Shown: positions 37,394 through 51,074 of the stretch, piece by piece
How positions within the stretch are numbered: position 1 is the stretch's first letter
Layout of the letters: each line of letters begins with the position of its first letter
Source: Toensbergia leucococca
Lineage: Eukaryota
Length of the DNA: 64,000 bases
Direction: 5' to 3'
Assembly (NCBI GenBank): GCA_022813965.1
Contig: JALDZS010000002.1
Span: 372,001 to 436,000 of the forward strand
Translations under genes and position numbers: made by a program
The notes under the pieces: generated by a model
What the model saw: only the letters and a program-made list of their open reading frames with translations
Database searches by the model: none
Told to the model about the DNA's origin: nothing

Positions 37394-40300
37394 CTAGACA
37401 ACTGTCATCATCTTCATGTGTCCATTAATATCATTATCGTTGCCGGTAACTGTTCCGCCTAAAAAGCTGCCGCCGTTCGGACTTGGCGGACCTCGGGGAC
37501 GCTTAGTCACAGATGGCGAGTTAGGGGGTTTTTGGAAGATTTGACTAAAGGGCGGATCTGGAGGAGTCGGATGTTGGGATACAGGAGTGGCTGGTAGATT
37601 TTCAGCTCGGCGAACAATTTCTTTCAAGGCCCGGGTTACAACCCCAGCGCGCGTTACCAAGTCACGAAGAGAAGTTGTATCGAATGGAAGTTTCTTCTGT
37701 GAAGACTTTGCATCAAGAAGTGCAGGATCGTAATGGCTGCGCTGCTGATGGATGTTCTCTAGCACAGACTTGGCCTTTGCTGAGGACTCTTTACGGGGTC
37801 TGGTTGTTGGGAATTTGTCTGATTTCGTATTGCCAGGTGAAGAAGACGGAGTAGTGTGAGGTCGCGCCAATTTCTCTACGTCGCTAGACCGAAGTTCTTT
37901 TGGCGGCGAAACTCCTGATCTTCGTCGACGTTGACTTGATGGGGACTCCTCCTCAAACGGGTCAAAGTCCAAGCTCGGCGAGTACGGCGAGTGTGGTGGA
38001 AGAAGTTCTTGCTCATCGTCGTCCAATGTAGCTAAGTTGATGATCCCTTCTGCTTCCTTCCACAGTTCTATAGATTGGCCTTGCAAGATTCCTTGAATTC
38101 CTGCCTGAAGGCGAAGCCGCTTGAGCTCTTCGACAAGTAGCGTCAGCTCTTTCACTTGCCCAAATTGCCCGTGTACACTAGCTTGTCTCTCCATAATTGC
38201 CTGAGGTACAAGCATTCCTGAAGAGTTCTTCTGTTCCTTGGCCTCCTTGTCGACGGATGCCTGTCTGTTCGCACGAGGAGGTTCTTCAAAGTCGAAGTCA
38301 CCATCCCAGTCCTCACTCACACCTTTATTCCCTAATACCCACGACTCTAATTTAGACGTATTTGTATGACCGCGATAAGCTGATGGATCTGGAGGTATTG
38401 GTACGCTCTGGCTTCGTAAATGTAAAGCGCTGGGACCTCGACGGCCTGGGAGACGACTTCCTCGCGTGTCTTGGCTCTGATTGCCATCTACAGTATTCGG
38501 CCTCGGTGATGAATCTTGGAAAAGGTCCTTTTCAAAGTGTGGCTGCTCGGACCAATCAGACATTTTGGACTTCGCTGGCCCCCGATATCCATCGAATCCC
38601 TTAAAGTCTGGGCTTTCAGGCAAGGTTGCATTCAGCTGTGGCGAGTCCTGCAAGGAATGGCTGTCGCCAGACGTCATAGGTGTTTCGTTCCTGTCTTCCC
38701 AATGCGTCCCTTCTGCATCCTCGAATGACCATACCTCATCGTCCTGCGGGTCGGCCATGTCCTGTTCTTGGAGATTTCTTGATTGGAGCTCCAGAGGATT
38801 TGTGGGCGGCGATGATGGGAGAGAAGGCGATTGAAGGGTCTTGCGAGTGACTCGTACAGGGGTCGAGGAGTCCTCCTCCTTACATGGTGCAGTAGATCGG
38901 ACAGGCGTCGATATGCTCTCCTCCTCTTCGGCAATACGATGCCTCTGAAACGAGCCATTCAATAACAGTTCCTGCAGAGCATCTAACTTGTTCTTGCGCA
39001 ATTCTGGTGGTGGCGACTCATCAAAGATAGTTTCGATGCGGGGTCCTCGCAAACCGTAATGACTGCTTCCAGTAGCACCAGTTCTAGTGGAGTCAAAGAC
39101 AGTTTCACTCCGGCCATCTGCATCATCCTCATCGCCTGACATGAAGCGACCATTGTCATTGTCCGATCCAATAAGAGTAGATGCATGATCTGAGGGAGCA
39201 TTCGACTGGCGGTGCGGTTTCTTCCTAACTGATACAGGACCAGGAGGTGATGGGACTGAGGGGGACATTGAGGTTGGGAGCTTTGGTGAAGATGAGGATG
39301 CGTCGGTCTGTGGACTTGTAGGATATGAGGGGGCTGCTCCAGGGAGGTCAATCCCGAAAGAGGATAAACGATTGAGTGGTGAGGTTGGGGAAGGTTGTGT
39401 TAATTCCGGATGATCTTTGGGACTGAACCCTGAGTGAGGAGAATTCGTTCGCTTTATGCCTTGGCTCCTTTCCTTCGAAACATTACCGGAACCAGATTCT
39501 CCTTGCGTGGGCAATTTAGATTGAGGAGCCGAGAAATTTCTCCTGCTGCTCGGAAGTCTATTGGAAGCTTTGACATTTCTTAGGCTACCAGAACGAGGCA
39601 GCTTCCATGTTGAGGGTGATGAGGATGGGAAAAATTCGGTAAAGGAGAAAGAATGCCGCTTCTGTTCCATGTTGGCGCTGATTGTTGTTTCGGTGGTGCC
39701 TGTGAAAGAAGGTATAAACGTAGTAAGTCCAGCTGATGTAGATGGTCTGGTCCGACCGGGAAATTGTGAAATGCGATCATTCGTTGTATTTTCTGAAGCA
39801 CCCGGGGTGATAGAGGTTGCCAGTAAGAGCGTAGGCGCTTCTAGGACATTGGGAACTATATATTTCAGTCCCTCATATCGATTAGGTTCACCAGGTGAAC
39901 TTCGTTTTCTTGAGGGTTCTTCCTTAATTAATCTCCCAGGTCGAGTCTTGAAGAAAGGATGCCATTTTTGGGCTAGATCGTTAGAGACTATTTCATGATT
40001 TGGCATGAGATCGTCGGTGAGATGTGATTGCCGTGATGGGGACCGGCACTGATATTCATGATCATTGAAGTGGTGCTGTTGCAGTGTGGCAGAACGCTGA
40101 TGGCTTGTGGCGGGCCTACGAAGAGTAGAATGTGCAATGGCACTACCGTGTAAAGCCCGTTGTGAAGAAGACCGCTTTACCAACTTGTTGCGTGGTAGTA
40201 TTGCGGGAATAGAACCTGAGGCGGCATTTAGAATTGGCACGGCGGATCCGTTCGAAAGAGATATTGAAGGCGAGCCCGGTTGAGGAGATGATAGTTGGCT

Positions 40301-41093
40301 TTCGTTTTCAAAGAAGGACAAATTTGAAAGTCGCCGTAGCAAAGATGGCTTAGCAGTCCCGGGACCCTTTGCCTCGAATGTGTCGGATTCCTCATTGGCT
40401 GAAACACTGACATCTCGTAGCGAAGGTGGTTCTGCCCTATCAGATCCGTCACTCGCTATTCGATCAGCCTGAGGAGTAGCAATGGGAATCTCGTCCTGTG
40501 AGAAAGACAGCATCGACAGGCGTCGCAGTAACGATGACCTGGCGGTTCTTGTAGTCCTTGACTCGGAAATGCTAGGTTCCTCGTTGGCCACAACCTTTGA
40601 ATCCCGCACAGAGGATGGTTCTCCCCAAACACCTCCGTTGTTGGCGCTTACACTAGGTGTCGAGGTAATGGTCCCTCTGCTGGCATTTGGCCTTATCGAC
40701 GGCGATCGCAACTGATCGAAGGAGCCAGTGTTCAGAAGTTGAGAAGTGGGAGCCGACACAGAATGGGACGGCACGAAAGGTGTCGTGGGAGTGAACGATG
40801 CAGACCGGGAGTCGTCAAAGGTAGAATGGTTCAAGGCTTTTCTTTTCCTTGAAGTGGGTCTCGCGATCACTGGCCGCTGCGGAGAGGCAAAAGCGAAGCC
40901 TACCGCAGCAATACCAACGGTGCCCGTGGCACAAAGCTGGTCATGAAGTGAAATCAGCATTATGAATCTCTGCAGGACAAAATAGAAACGAAGATGGTTG
41001 GAGCATGCAATCTTCAGTGGTTGACTGGTTTGACACGAATAGAGAGCGGTCACGATCACACGAAAAGGCACATACAGTCGATGCTGTCTCCAT
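37394..41093 (-). CDS. Large Ser/Pro-rich hypothetical protein (about 1,190 aa)
   Basis: METAST|intron 40937-41075|LCATGTVGIAAVGFAFASP; 3.5-kb open exon with non-repetitive islands WVLGNKGVSEDWDGDFDF, QASVHGQFGQVKELTLLVEELKRLR, LWKEAEGIINLA, KKLPFDTTSLRDLV; function not recognised. Confidence 0.8.
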
Positions 41094-43139
41094 TTCCAAC
41101 TCCCCCCCTTGGTCCGTTGAGACTCTGATATAGCAGGCTCAGCGCATCTGAGCGCAACCGCAAGAACAAAGGGCGGCGTCAGTCATGCAAGTCATGAATT
41201 CAAGCAAACGACGGATGGAAGGTGCGAACGGGGTTCTGCGACGTGGAGAAGTGTTTGGCGGTTTGGGTTCAGGAACAGAAATAGTTGATGGATCATTTCA
41301 CAGTCGGGAGATGATGAGTTGAGGGATCCATGGTCGAGGTGAATCTAGTTGATTGGGTGCAGTGCCTTTAGGTAGCAAACTATTTTCTGGGTTGAGCTGT
41401 GATAGGTAAAGAAGGTCAGCCCGGACGGTGGCTCCAGGTAAGAGAAGCACGCTAGGCGAGGGGCACCGAAGTTATTAACACGCTCTCCACCATAGAAGCA
41501 TCAAGTCCATGTCGCATGTTCAACACGTTGCTGCTCAATCTATCATCTATCCAGGTACACTCTAATTACACTTCACAGTAGCCTTCTACACACCATCACT
41601 CTACGGCCACGACGGATGAAGTCATATTGGCCCGATGAAGTTCGTGTTACTACTACTGGCCGAGCATGCGGTGTGCCTGTACCCGTCGAACATCATGCTG
41701 CAAAGAATCACCAGGTCTCCCCATTGGTATGGGGCGCTAGAGTCTGGATTCTTCTTCAGGTACCTACGTTCTTTGTCCGAGCTTCTGAGGCCTGGGATTG
41801 TGAGTCGCACAATGGACCAGACATTGGTGCAATTTCCTTGTTCTTGTAGCTTCACCACGCCCCTATATCGTCAGCGGCCGTGGCATCATTTACTCTCGCC
41901 ACGGCAGTAAACTATTGCCGAAGCACTTAGCCTGACCAAGCATCAGCTCAGCTCAGCTCCACCATTCGACGTTGGCCGGCTGGGATGTTCCTGGGCCGAC
42001 CGCCTCAACGGGTAATAGAGCACCTGGGCGGAATCAAGCTGGAAAAAGCATCTTCCCGGCAAAAGGGATGTATGCAATGTTGGAGTAAGGGCTCTAAGGA
42101 TCCTCCGATTTCCACGGCTCCAATCAGATGCCATGGAAGCCATTCCCTCAAGCCGTCGACTAACACTGCTACTGCCGTAAGTTTGGAGCAAACTTTCAAG
42201 CTTCTGTCATTTGCACGGCAAGCTTGGACCGTTTCAAAGCGGGGTGGAGCAATGCAGGTCCCTGGTTAGAGAATCACCAAATCGTGGCACTGCCGTGTGG
42301 ATGAATTAGAATAGAATAGTCGTGTACCTACCTACTGCTCAAGCAATGATATTTGATTCCACCTATTGTTCTACAGTTGATGTACTCTAATCACCTTGAT
42401 TGCTTTGTCCATCCTTTCATCCTTTGATCCATAGGGATCTTCCCCAGGAATCCGGCTTGTCTAGATCCAGAAGGGCAGGCGATGCAACGGCGATCAATGA
42501 CCAGGGCAACCATGCGACCGAGACGGCGCCATCGTAGCATGACGAGCGACGCGGAAGATCTCGCGTCGTGCGTCCAAAGAAGCCTGGCACAAATTTCCAC
42601 ACCAGCCTTATTCAGTGCGTGTTTGACCTAATGCAGCAAGACCCCCTCGACTGCACCGCAAGGTTAAATTACTGGCCGATGGATAAATCCTGTGGGGTCA
42701 GTTCTAACAAAGCTACTAGGTAGCGATGGACGTGAATGATTGTGCTTTATGCTGGCTTGAAAACGTGATGGTGAACCGATGGAAGAATGACACCGAGTAG
42801 ATAGACAAATCTGTTGACTGCTGGACAATGGAAAGCCCCTGAATACATTATGCCACTCCGTAAAGAGCCTTCCTCCTTCCAAACAATTGACATGATTTTG
42901 CTTTTTGTCGCGACCGCGGCTTGGAAATGATCAGAAGCGCGATCAGGACGTGATGATAGGCTCGGTTATTTAGAGTCGAACATCCTAAGATTAGCTCACT
43001 GGCTCATCTTGGGGAATTTCCAGGTTAGGTATCCGTAGTTCCGTATCGCTGTCAATGTTATGCTGCTTATGCACCGCACTGAAGTCAACGAGCTTAGCAA
43101 CCTGCTCAACGCCACCCAATATATTAATCAGCAATCAGC

Positions 43140-45679
43140 ATGGAGGCTGAGATCAGAGCACAGATTCCGGCTATCGACCAGCTCATCTCCGATTACTCTG
43201 TCGTTGGTCATCCCGATCTCATGCCCTAACGACCTCCATATATTGATTATGCCAAGGGATATTTGACTCACGCTTCCAATCTATATACTCCCGAGTCTGA
43301 TACCAACGTACAATCCCCGCTCGCTGAAGCTGCCGAGACCATCACTGCCTTGTTGCTCTCTGCGTCTGGAGATCCATCTGACCAAAATGCAAGTGCCATC
43401 AGTAATTTAGTTGACAAGTTTATATCCAAACTCAGTGTTTCAAATGGCGGCGATGGGGAAAGAAGGCAGATGTCATCAGCTGCCCGGAAATTGGATCATA
43501 GCATCCAAGTCGGATCACAGCGTAATATATCCTCCACACTTGGACTTGCTGGCGGCGGCGTCGATCTTGAATATGCCAACTCCAGGAAGGTAGAATCTCG
43601 AGTAGATAAGAAAAAGCTTGAAAAGGCCGAGCGTAAGATTCGGGCAAAGCAAGATGCAAAGGTGATGAAAAACGTCGAATACGAAGCCTCTAGGTTGCTG
43701 GATCAGCCGGATGACGCTCAGTCATATGAGGAATTCTTTATGGCTGTCAATCCTTTGCAATTAGGCGCCGATCAGGCATCTAAGAGCAAGGACATCAAAG
43801 TAGATGGTGTTGACGTGTCAATCGGTGGCAAACGCATTCTGACTGACACTACCTTGACACTTTCCTTTGGCCGTCGATATGGTCTAGTAGGGCAGAACGG
43901 TATCGGGAAAAGTACTCTCCTTCGTTCTTTAAGTCGGAGAGAACTAGCTATTCCCACTCATATTTCAATTTTACACGTTGAGCAGGAGATCACTGGAGAT
44001 GACACTCCTGCCCTGCAAGCTGTGTTGGATGCCGATGTATGGCGGAAACATCTTTTGGCCGAGCAACAAGTAGGGCCTTAGCCATAGCCTCAACAAGACC
44101 AAAGACTTCGCTAACAATCTGCCAGAAAATCTCCGAGCAGCTTCAAGGGATAGAGAGTGAACGATCGACCATGGCAGATACATCAACTGATGCCGAGAAA
44201 CTTGACAGGCACCGCGAGGGACTTGACAATACTCTGACTGACATTCATGCCAAGCTCTCCGAAATGGAGTCGGACAAAGCCGAGTCTCGAGCCGCAAGCA
44301 TTCTGGCTGGATTGGGCTTCTCTGAGGACCGCCAACACTTCGCCACCAAGACCTTTTCAGGAGGCTGGAGGATGAGATTAGCACTAGCAAGAGCCTTGTT
44401 CTGCGAACCGGATCTGCTTTTGCTCGATGGTACTCTCAAGTACTCACAAAGATCATGTCATGCATGTGGCTGACAGCGAGTAGAACCGTCCAACATGTTG
44501 GATGTTCCCTCCATCACCTTCTTATCCAACTATCTTCAAGGTTATCCAAGTACCCTCCTCGTAGTGTCCCACGACCGAGCATTCCTCAACGAAGTCGCAA
44601 CAGACATTGTCCACCAACATTCAGAGCGACTAGACTACTACAAAGGCGCCGACTTCGGTAATATGCTCCCAAACTATGTCAGCTCGTCCAAGCTAACCAC
44701 CCAGACTCCTTCTACAACACCAAAGAAGAGCGCCGCAAGACCGCCAAACGCGAGTACGAAAATCAAATGGGCCAACGCGCCCACCTCCAAGCCTTTATCG
44801 ACAAATTCCGTTACAACGCCGCCAAATCGTCGGAAGCGCAATCTCGCATCAAGAAGCTTGAAAAGATGCCAATTCTCGAGGCCCCTGAAAGCGAATACGT
44901 GGTGCACTTCAAGTTCCCTGAGGTCGAAAAGCTATCCCCGCCAATCATCCAAATGACTGGCGTCTCCTTTGGCTACACTCCAAACAAACCCCTCCTAAAA
45001 GGCATCGACCTTGACGTGCAGCTCGACTCCCGCATTGGCATCGTCGGCCCCAACGGCGCTGGCAAAACCACCGTCTTGAAACTCCTAATCGGCCAATTGC
45101 AACCAAGCGCAGGCCTGATATCCCAAAACCCCCGGCTCCGAGTCGGCTTCTTTGCCCAGCACCACGTCGACGCTCTAGACATGAACGACAGCGCCGTCGG
45201 CTTCATGTCCAAGAATTACGCTGGAAAGGTAGATGAAGAATACCGCCGCCACCTCGGAGCGTAAGCCCGCCCTCCTCCTTTTCCAATCAACCTACACATC
45301 CTCAAACTAACAATCACCTCCTAGCTTCGGCATAACCGGCATGACCGGCCTCCAAAAAATGGAGCTCCTCTCCGGCGGCCAAAAATCCCGCGTAGCATTC
45401 GCCTGTCTCTCGCTCACAAACCCGCACATCCTCGTCCTTGACGAGCCCTCCAACCACCTGGACATTGAAGCCATGGACGCGCTGTCGTTGGCGCTGCGCA
45501 ATTTCCAGGGCGGCGTGCTAATGGTCAGCCACGACGTGACAATGTTGCAGACTGTGTGCGATAGTCTGTGGGTGTGTGATGGGGGCACCGTGGAGAAATT
45601 CCCGGGGGATGTCAAGGCTTATAAGAGGAGGATTACCGCACAGGCGAATGAGGCGGGTGTAGTGCAGGCGCAGAAGTAG
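43140..45679 (+). CDS. GCN20: ABC-F ATPase Gcn20/ABCF3
   Basis: MEAEIRAQIPAID...DYSV|GYLTHAS N-terminal domain; two NBDs (GQNGIGKST, FSGGWRMR, LLLDEPSN; GPNGAGKTT, LSGGQKSR, LDEPSNHLD); 5 introns; no TM domains. Confidence 0.93.
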
Positions 45680-47369
45680 TAAGGGGGAAAGTTGAATCTG
45701 GTTGAATGGTGAACAAAGAGACCAGTCATTATTTAAAGGCTTGAAACTATTCTCAACATCACTGGTGTCCCCATCTCAATTACTCCCACGTCCCTTCCTC
45801 CAATAGTGAGCTTGCCTGAACGAAGTTCCAGCCGTAAATTCAATCCCAGTCAAAAGAAAAAAAAGCAACAGGTTCCGCGGCCCAATTCGAACTGATTCTG
45901 ATAAACGTATACTACCATCTAGGCGGCCTGACTCCTATCCCTACCCACCCCTCCGGCACCACCCAAAATCCAAACCGAGGCCTGAGATGGGGGGAAAAAA
46001 ACGCAAAAACAAAAACAAAAAGGCACAAACGCGCCCCTGGCCAGGGAAGCGCCCAATCGAACTATTCCCCGAGCTCCAAGCGGGTGCTCGGAAATTTTAC
46101 CTCCCCCCCTTTTTTCTCGAGAGCGATGCGTGCGTGGGTTTTCAATCCCGGTCTGTGGATTGGGGATTTGGTTGTGTGGGGTGGGTGAGTGTGATCTGAT
46201 GTGATCTGATTTTTTTTTTGTTTTTTTTTTAGAGAGGAAGAGTTGCGGTCGGGGGATTTTGTTGTGTGTGGGGCGGGGAGGGTGGATGTTGGGAATGGAT
46301 GGAAAGGTTGGGTGGAGAATCGGGCCGATTTTTGGATGATGGGGGGGAGGGGTGGGAGGTTGTGAAGGTGCTGTTTTAGGGCTCTTTGTTCTCCTCAGCC
46401 CCTTTCGCTCGTTCATTGACCCCGAGGCTGGATGTGTATCATGCATCACACCACCTACACTCATCTCCCTCTCTTTCCCTATCCCCCTTCCTCCCTCCAA
46501 AACCCGCCATAGCTCCAAGGGTTTGATTCAACAACCAGGAAACACCCCCCTATCCCATACCAGGGTAGCAAAAGTGATTGACCGAGTGTGGTTGGTATCA
46601 ATATTGCAAAGAATTCGAGCTAGGATGAGGAAAAGGAAGTGATGGGAGTGGTGGAGCGGGACTGAGCTTGTATCATGGTTTGCTTGCCGGACCCCCCCTT
46701 TTCTTTTTTTGGGGGGGTGGAGAATGGGAGGTGTTTTTTGCATATATTTCTGATGGAAAGTCGAGTTTAGTATGAAAGAAAATATGATTTTGGTATTGGA
46801 TCCCAATCCTTCTCTCCCTTTCTCTCAAATCCTTTCATCTTGTTCTACCCGTCGTAGCTTGCGTAAAGTTGTTCTTTTCCCCTTTCCTCTCCAAAGGGAA
46901 AGAGAAAGGGGGGCGGGGGGAGAAAGACATGACTGGGTCTACGAGATCATCACAATCTCTCGTACATCCATAGTTTCGAGCAACGTACTTACCGTAAATG
47001 ACCCATAAGCCCGACTCCAAGTACTAGCTTCTCCGAGGAAGAAAGAGCAGAGTCCCCATCATTATCGAGCGCGTTCAATGCACGAAAAACGAGAAAAACA
47101 CTGCACATGCATAGGTCATATGAAATCAAGGGCAGCAACTTCGGGCGACAACTTAGTATCCAGATGTAAGTACCTACCGCTAGCAGTACTAGATTTATCT
47201 AGACGAATCTCGACAATAGACAAAGACCACCTTGGACACTCCCAGTCCATCCTCATAAAATACCACAAGACCCAAATCCCCTCTCACTTGCTTCAAAAAC
47301 GTCAGAGGGTGGGCGCTTCCCCAACTAGATCCATCCCCAAACACTCGTCACATTTTAACGCCCTTGGAC

Positions 47370-50263
47370 TCATATCTGAGGTTTCTCTCCATTGACGGCA
47401 GCGCCCTGCTCAAGCGTTAGCCCCTTGACTGGTGCGTTGAAGTTCTGTAGCGTTGGACTCGGAGATAAGTTCGTCGTTGGGGGCATCACTGGCGTACCCA
47501 TTACCCCATGGCTTGGTGGTGGTCGTGGTGGACTGTGCTTAGTTGGCGAGAGGCCTGATGCTGGCGGAATCGGCGATTGATGCTGAGCTAGGCCATGCAG
47601 GCTTGGACTTGTAGATGTTGGAGGAATGGATGGAGCTAGAGGGGAGGATTGTTGTTTTACAGGCGAGATAGGTGACCACTGTTGAGGCGGGGCTTGCAAG
47701 ATTGGACTTGCGGATGGTGGAAGAACGGAGGGAGCTAATGGGGAGGATTGCTGTTTAATGGGCGAGTTCGATGGATCGTGATTTGGAAGGGGATGTTGAA
47801 GAGAAGTACCGTTGGTGTTCTGCGCTGGAGGGAAGTTGAGTGGACTCGTGTCGTAGTCACCCTGGGTAGGGGACATCGAAGGACGATTCTTGATTGGTGA
47901 TGGGAGATTCTGCGATGGGATGGATGGATCTGGCATCTGTCGACTGAGAGAAGTTTGAAAGGGATCCTGCGATGGGGAGGGCGACTGTATATGTTGTAGG
48001 TGCTGTGAAGGATGAGATGATTGATAACGAGCAGACCAGCCTCTACCAGAGGGGTTGTTGCTATTTTGGCTAACTCCATTGGGTGTTGGCGAAAACGAGT
48101 GTGAGGACTGAGGTCGAATCTCGGATGAGTACCCGTTCTGATATGGCACATGCTGAGTATAGCTATTTGAATAGGTAGCAGGTTGTGCTGGGGATCTTAA
48201 ACCCGGCGGCGGTGGTGGTGGTGGTGATGCTACGTGAGCTGTGGAATTGCCTCGATGAGGCGGCATCGGAAGCTGTCCTTCAGGAGAGAGTGTTGGGCCA
48301 TGCATGATCATGCTATGCATACCATTCTGCCCAAGGTGAGGTTGTTCATCAGTAGGCTTGACTTCCACAGGCTTGAACTTCTTCAAGGGAGGCAAGCTTA
48401 TCGCTTCATCTCCCAAGTGTCGCTTCTTCGACTCCATGGAGTCTCCATTAACATGGTTGGGCTTCTGCGAAGGCGGCGAAGAAGAGGAACCAAGGTGGAA
48501 CTTGAGTGTAGGGATTTTGGGTTTCTTAGCATCCTCTTCCCTCCGCTTGCAATCATCGCAGATGAAGTGAAAATTGTCTCTCTCCGCCGCGGCTTGGGAG
48601 ATTCCTAGACATGCACTGTGTTGCCAGACATTGCACTTCTCGCAAGCAACACTGTGAGTGCCATCGTCCTATGCATCATCATTACATTGATTCTCCACAA
48701 AGTACGGGATTATGTCGAACTTACTAGATTTTCGCCATGAACTCCACACTTCGAGCAATCAAAGGACCATTCATCCTCCTGGGCTAGCTCAGCCAGCTCC
48801 CTCTTCTTTCTCTCCATTTCGGCCTTTAAGTGCCTCTCAGACATCCTGGCTTCTCCAGTCTCTAGCTTCTTGCTATCCTCGGAAAGATTTGCAAGCTCTT
48901 CTACCTGTAGAATCCGTTTATACTCCCTCTCCTTGATACGCTGCTCACGGGTCATCATACGAGACTCCCGTGCCTCCTCCATATTCTTTTGCCTTTCCCT
49001 TTGTTGCTTAGCCTCAACGAGGTCATTCTTCCGTTTGAGCTCCGCTTCTGCAGCTTCTTGTTCTTCCCGCTCCTTGTCCATTTTGGTTGCGATCCTGCTC
49101 GATCTCTTAGCAGTAGCCAGTTTTTGCTCATTCATTAATTCTCTCTCTTTCCTGGCAGCTCGTCTTTGATGAGCTTCTTCCGCCTTCTCGATGACTGGAA
49201 GAACCTCTCTAGTAATACGCTGATGCAAAGCCGTCTCATCAATGTCTTTGCTCTTGCGTATGGTCTGAAGAAAATCGTGATATTGACCGAGGGTTATAGC
49301 TATACATTCCCATTTCCTCCCGCCAAAGCCTTCATCACCATTTAATACCGCCTTTGAAGTACCGCCGGCGATGTCTTCGTCCGCATCATTATTCGATTCC
49401 TCGGTATCCACGACTTTTCTTCTCTTGCTGGCCCTGGCAGCAGCTTTACCCCTTTTTGACGAGGCTTTCGGCTTGGCAGCAGGAGGTGGGGGAAGTTGAG
49501 GATCAGTACGGCGGTACATCCGATTATCATCTAGCACGAAGTAGAGTCGCTGTTGTCTGTCGTAGCCAATCTCCTCAATTCGCTATCAAAGGATGTCGTA
49601 AGCTGAAGCTTACGAGAAAAAGCTCTTCGCACTCACCCATTGTGTCTGCTCGCTGTCCTTGGTCTCTGGCATCTTCTCCCTTATCCGATCTGCATTTATA
49701 AGGGTCCATTGGGAGAGCTGAAACAATACCCGAAACTTTGTGAAGATATCAAAATCTGCAAACTTCTTGGGTATTTCCTCTGTACCGAACGGATTACGAG
49801 AAGGTGCTTTCGCCACATATTGTCGCCGAGTGTATTCATCGAATATGCCCGGGCTTTGAAGCTTTTAGACCATAGTATCAGTGATAAGAAGGTGTAGACT
49901 CACGTTAGTCCTCGATGCGAAGAGACAAATTTGAGAAGTGCGAGTCCGATGTCTGATAGTGTCTCGGACGGTTCAGGCTTGATGCATTCGCTTTCTAAGT
50001 CCTGTGCGGCATCCTAATTAGCGGGTGATCCATAAAAGACATTCTTCGACAAAAAGCCCACTGTCATTGATCATCAAGCTGGTTGGGGAAACAAATACCT
50101 CTATGGTGAGGTCCTCATCAATTTTGACTGCCTTGCCAAAGATGAAAATATATTGCATGAGGTTGGAAAATTCCCACATGTTGCGCAATTTTTCCAACAG
50201 GCCTGTATCCAAAGGAAGTCCTGGTGACTCCATCTCTGCCCTGCCACGCTTCCGTGAAGTCAT
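47370..50263 (-). CDS. DDT/WHIM/PHD-finger chromatin-remodelling subunit (Ioc3/RSF1-like)
   Basis: LRNMWEFSNLMQYI (DDT-like), FDIFTKFRVLFQLSQW (WHIM1-like), WRIEEIGYD...YFVLDDNRMYR, KRSSRIA, PHD FDCSKCGVHGENL|DDGTHSVACEKCNVWQHSAC; Pro-rich tail. Confidence 0.82.
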
Positions 50264-51074
50264 TTTGATGAGACGGTTTGAGAGCAAGATAAAGACAGAG
50301 GATCAGTGAGGTGACCGAGAGGCTCGGCAAAAGCTTGAAAGGAGTAGAGGAACGAGTGCGTCTTCCTCGTGGCTCTGAAACCGCTCGACTTCAACAAAAA
50401 TTAGCAGATAGCGAGCAACAAAGTGAAATTTCTGTGTGACGTGTTGGTGGATGTAATTACGGCTATTGTTCGCGTTTTCGAGATCGAAAAATTGGCGGGT
50501 CTTGCCGTAGGCTAGAATCAGAGTGGAGTAGCCTGATAGAATAGTCTGTGCTTAGGTGGACAGCCCTACACTTTCCAAGCTAGTCCCGAACAGAGGAGTT
50601 TTTCTCGGCGCTTAGGTAAGCGATTCACGTGGTGTTGCCCCTCAGAAAGACGTGAGAGAAAAAACTTTACGTGACATATGATAATGATAGGCTAAAGTCT
50701 AATACACAATCCTCGTTATCCGTCCGTACTCGTACATCCCTCGATGAAGCTGTTCAGCCACCCTGAACCTCTCCAAAATGCATATGTAGCAGAAGTAAAG
50801 GTTTGAAAGCCAGGGATGCAATAAGAGAAGCGGATACATCATGGCTGCTTCTCATTCAAAACGCCGCCATCGCCCTATGTACCCCTTATGCTTTTGAACC
50901 CCTTTAACCAAAGTTCTCCTGATGCGGAGCGCTTGATAATACAAAAAGATCCATGCCACAAGGAAGAACCAGTCGACCTTCATGCTATGCAAATGCTAGT
51001 CTTATAATCAACCTGGACACGGATGGCTTGGGGATCCAGTCCACTGGTATTCGTAGATCGATTCGCCTCGTCCC

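Noticed and set aside
41616..42882. Cluster of short ORFs in the 2-kb divergent spacer before GCN20
   Set aside because: No coherent exon structure or homology recognised; treated as promoter/UTR.
45919..46518. 199-aa minus-strand ORF
   Set aside because: Lies in a homopolymer-rich spacer; low-complexity translation.
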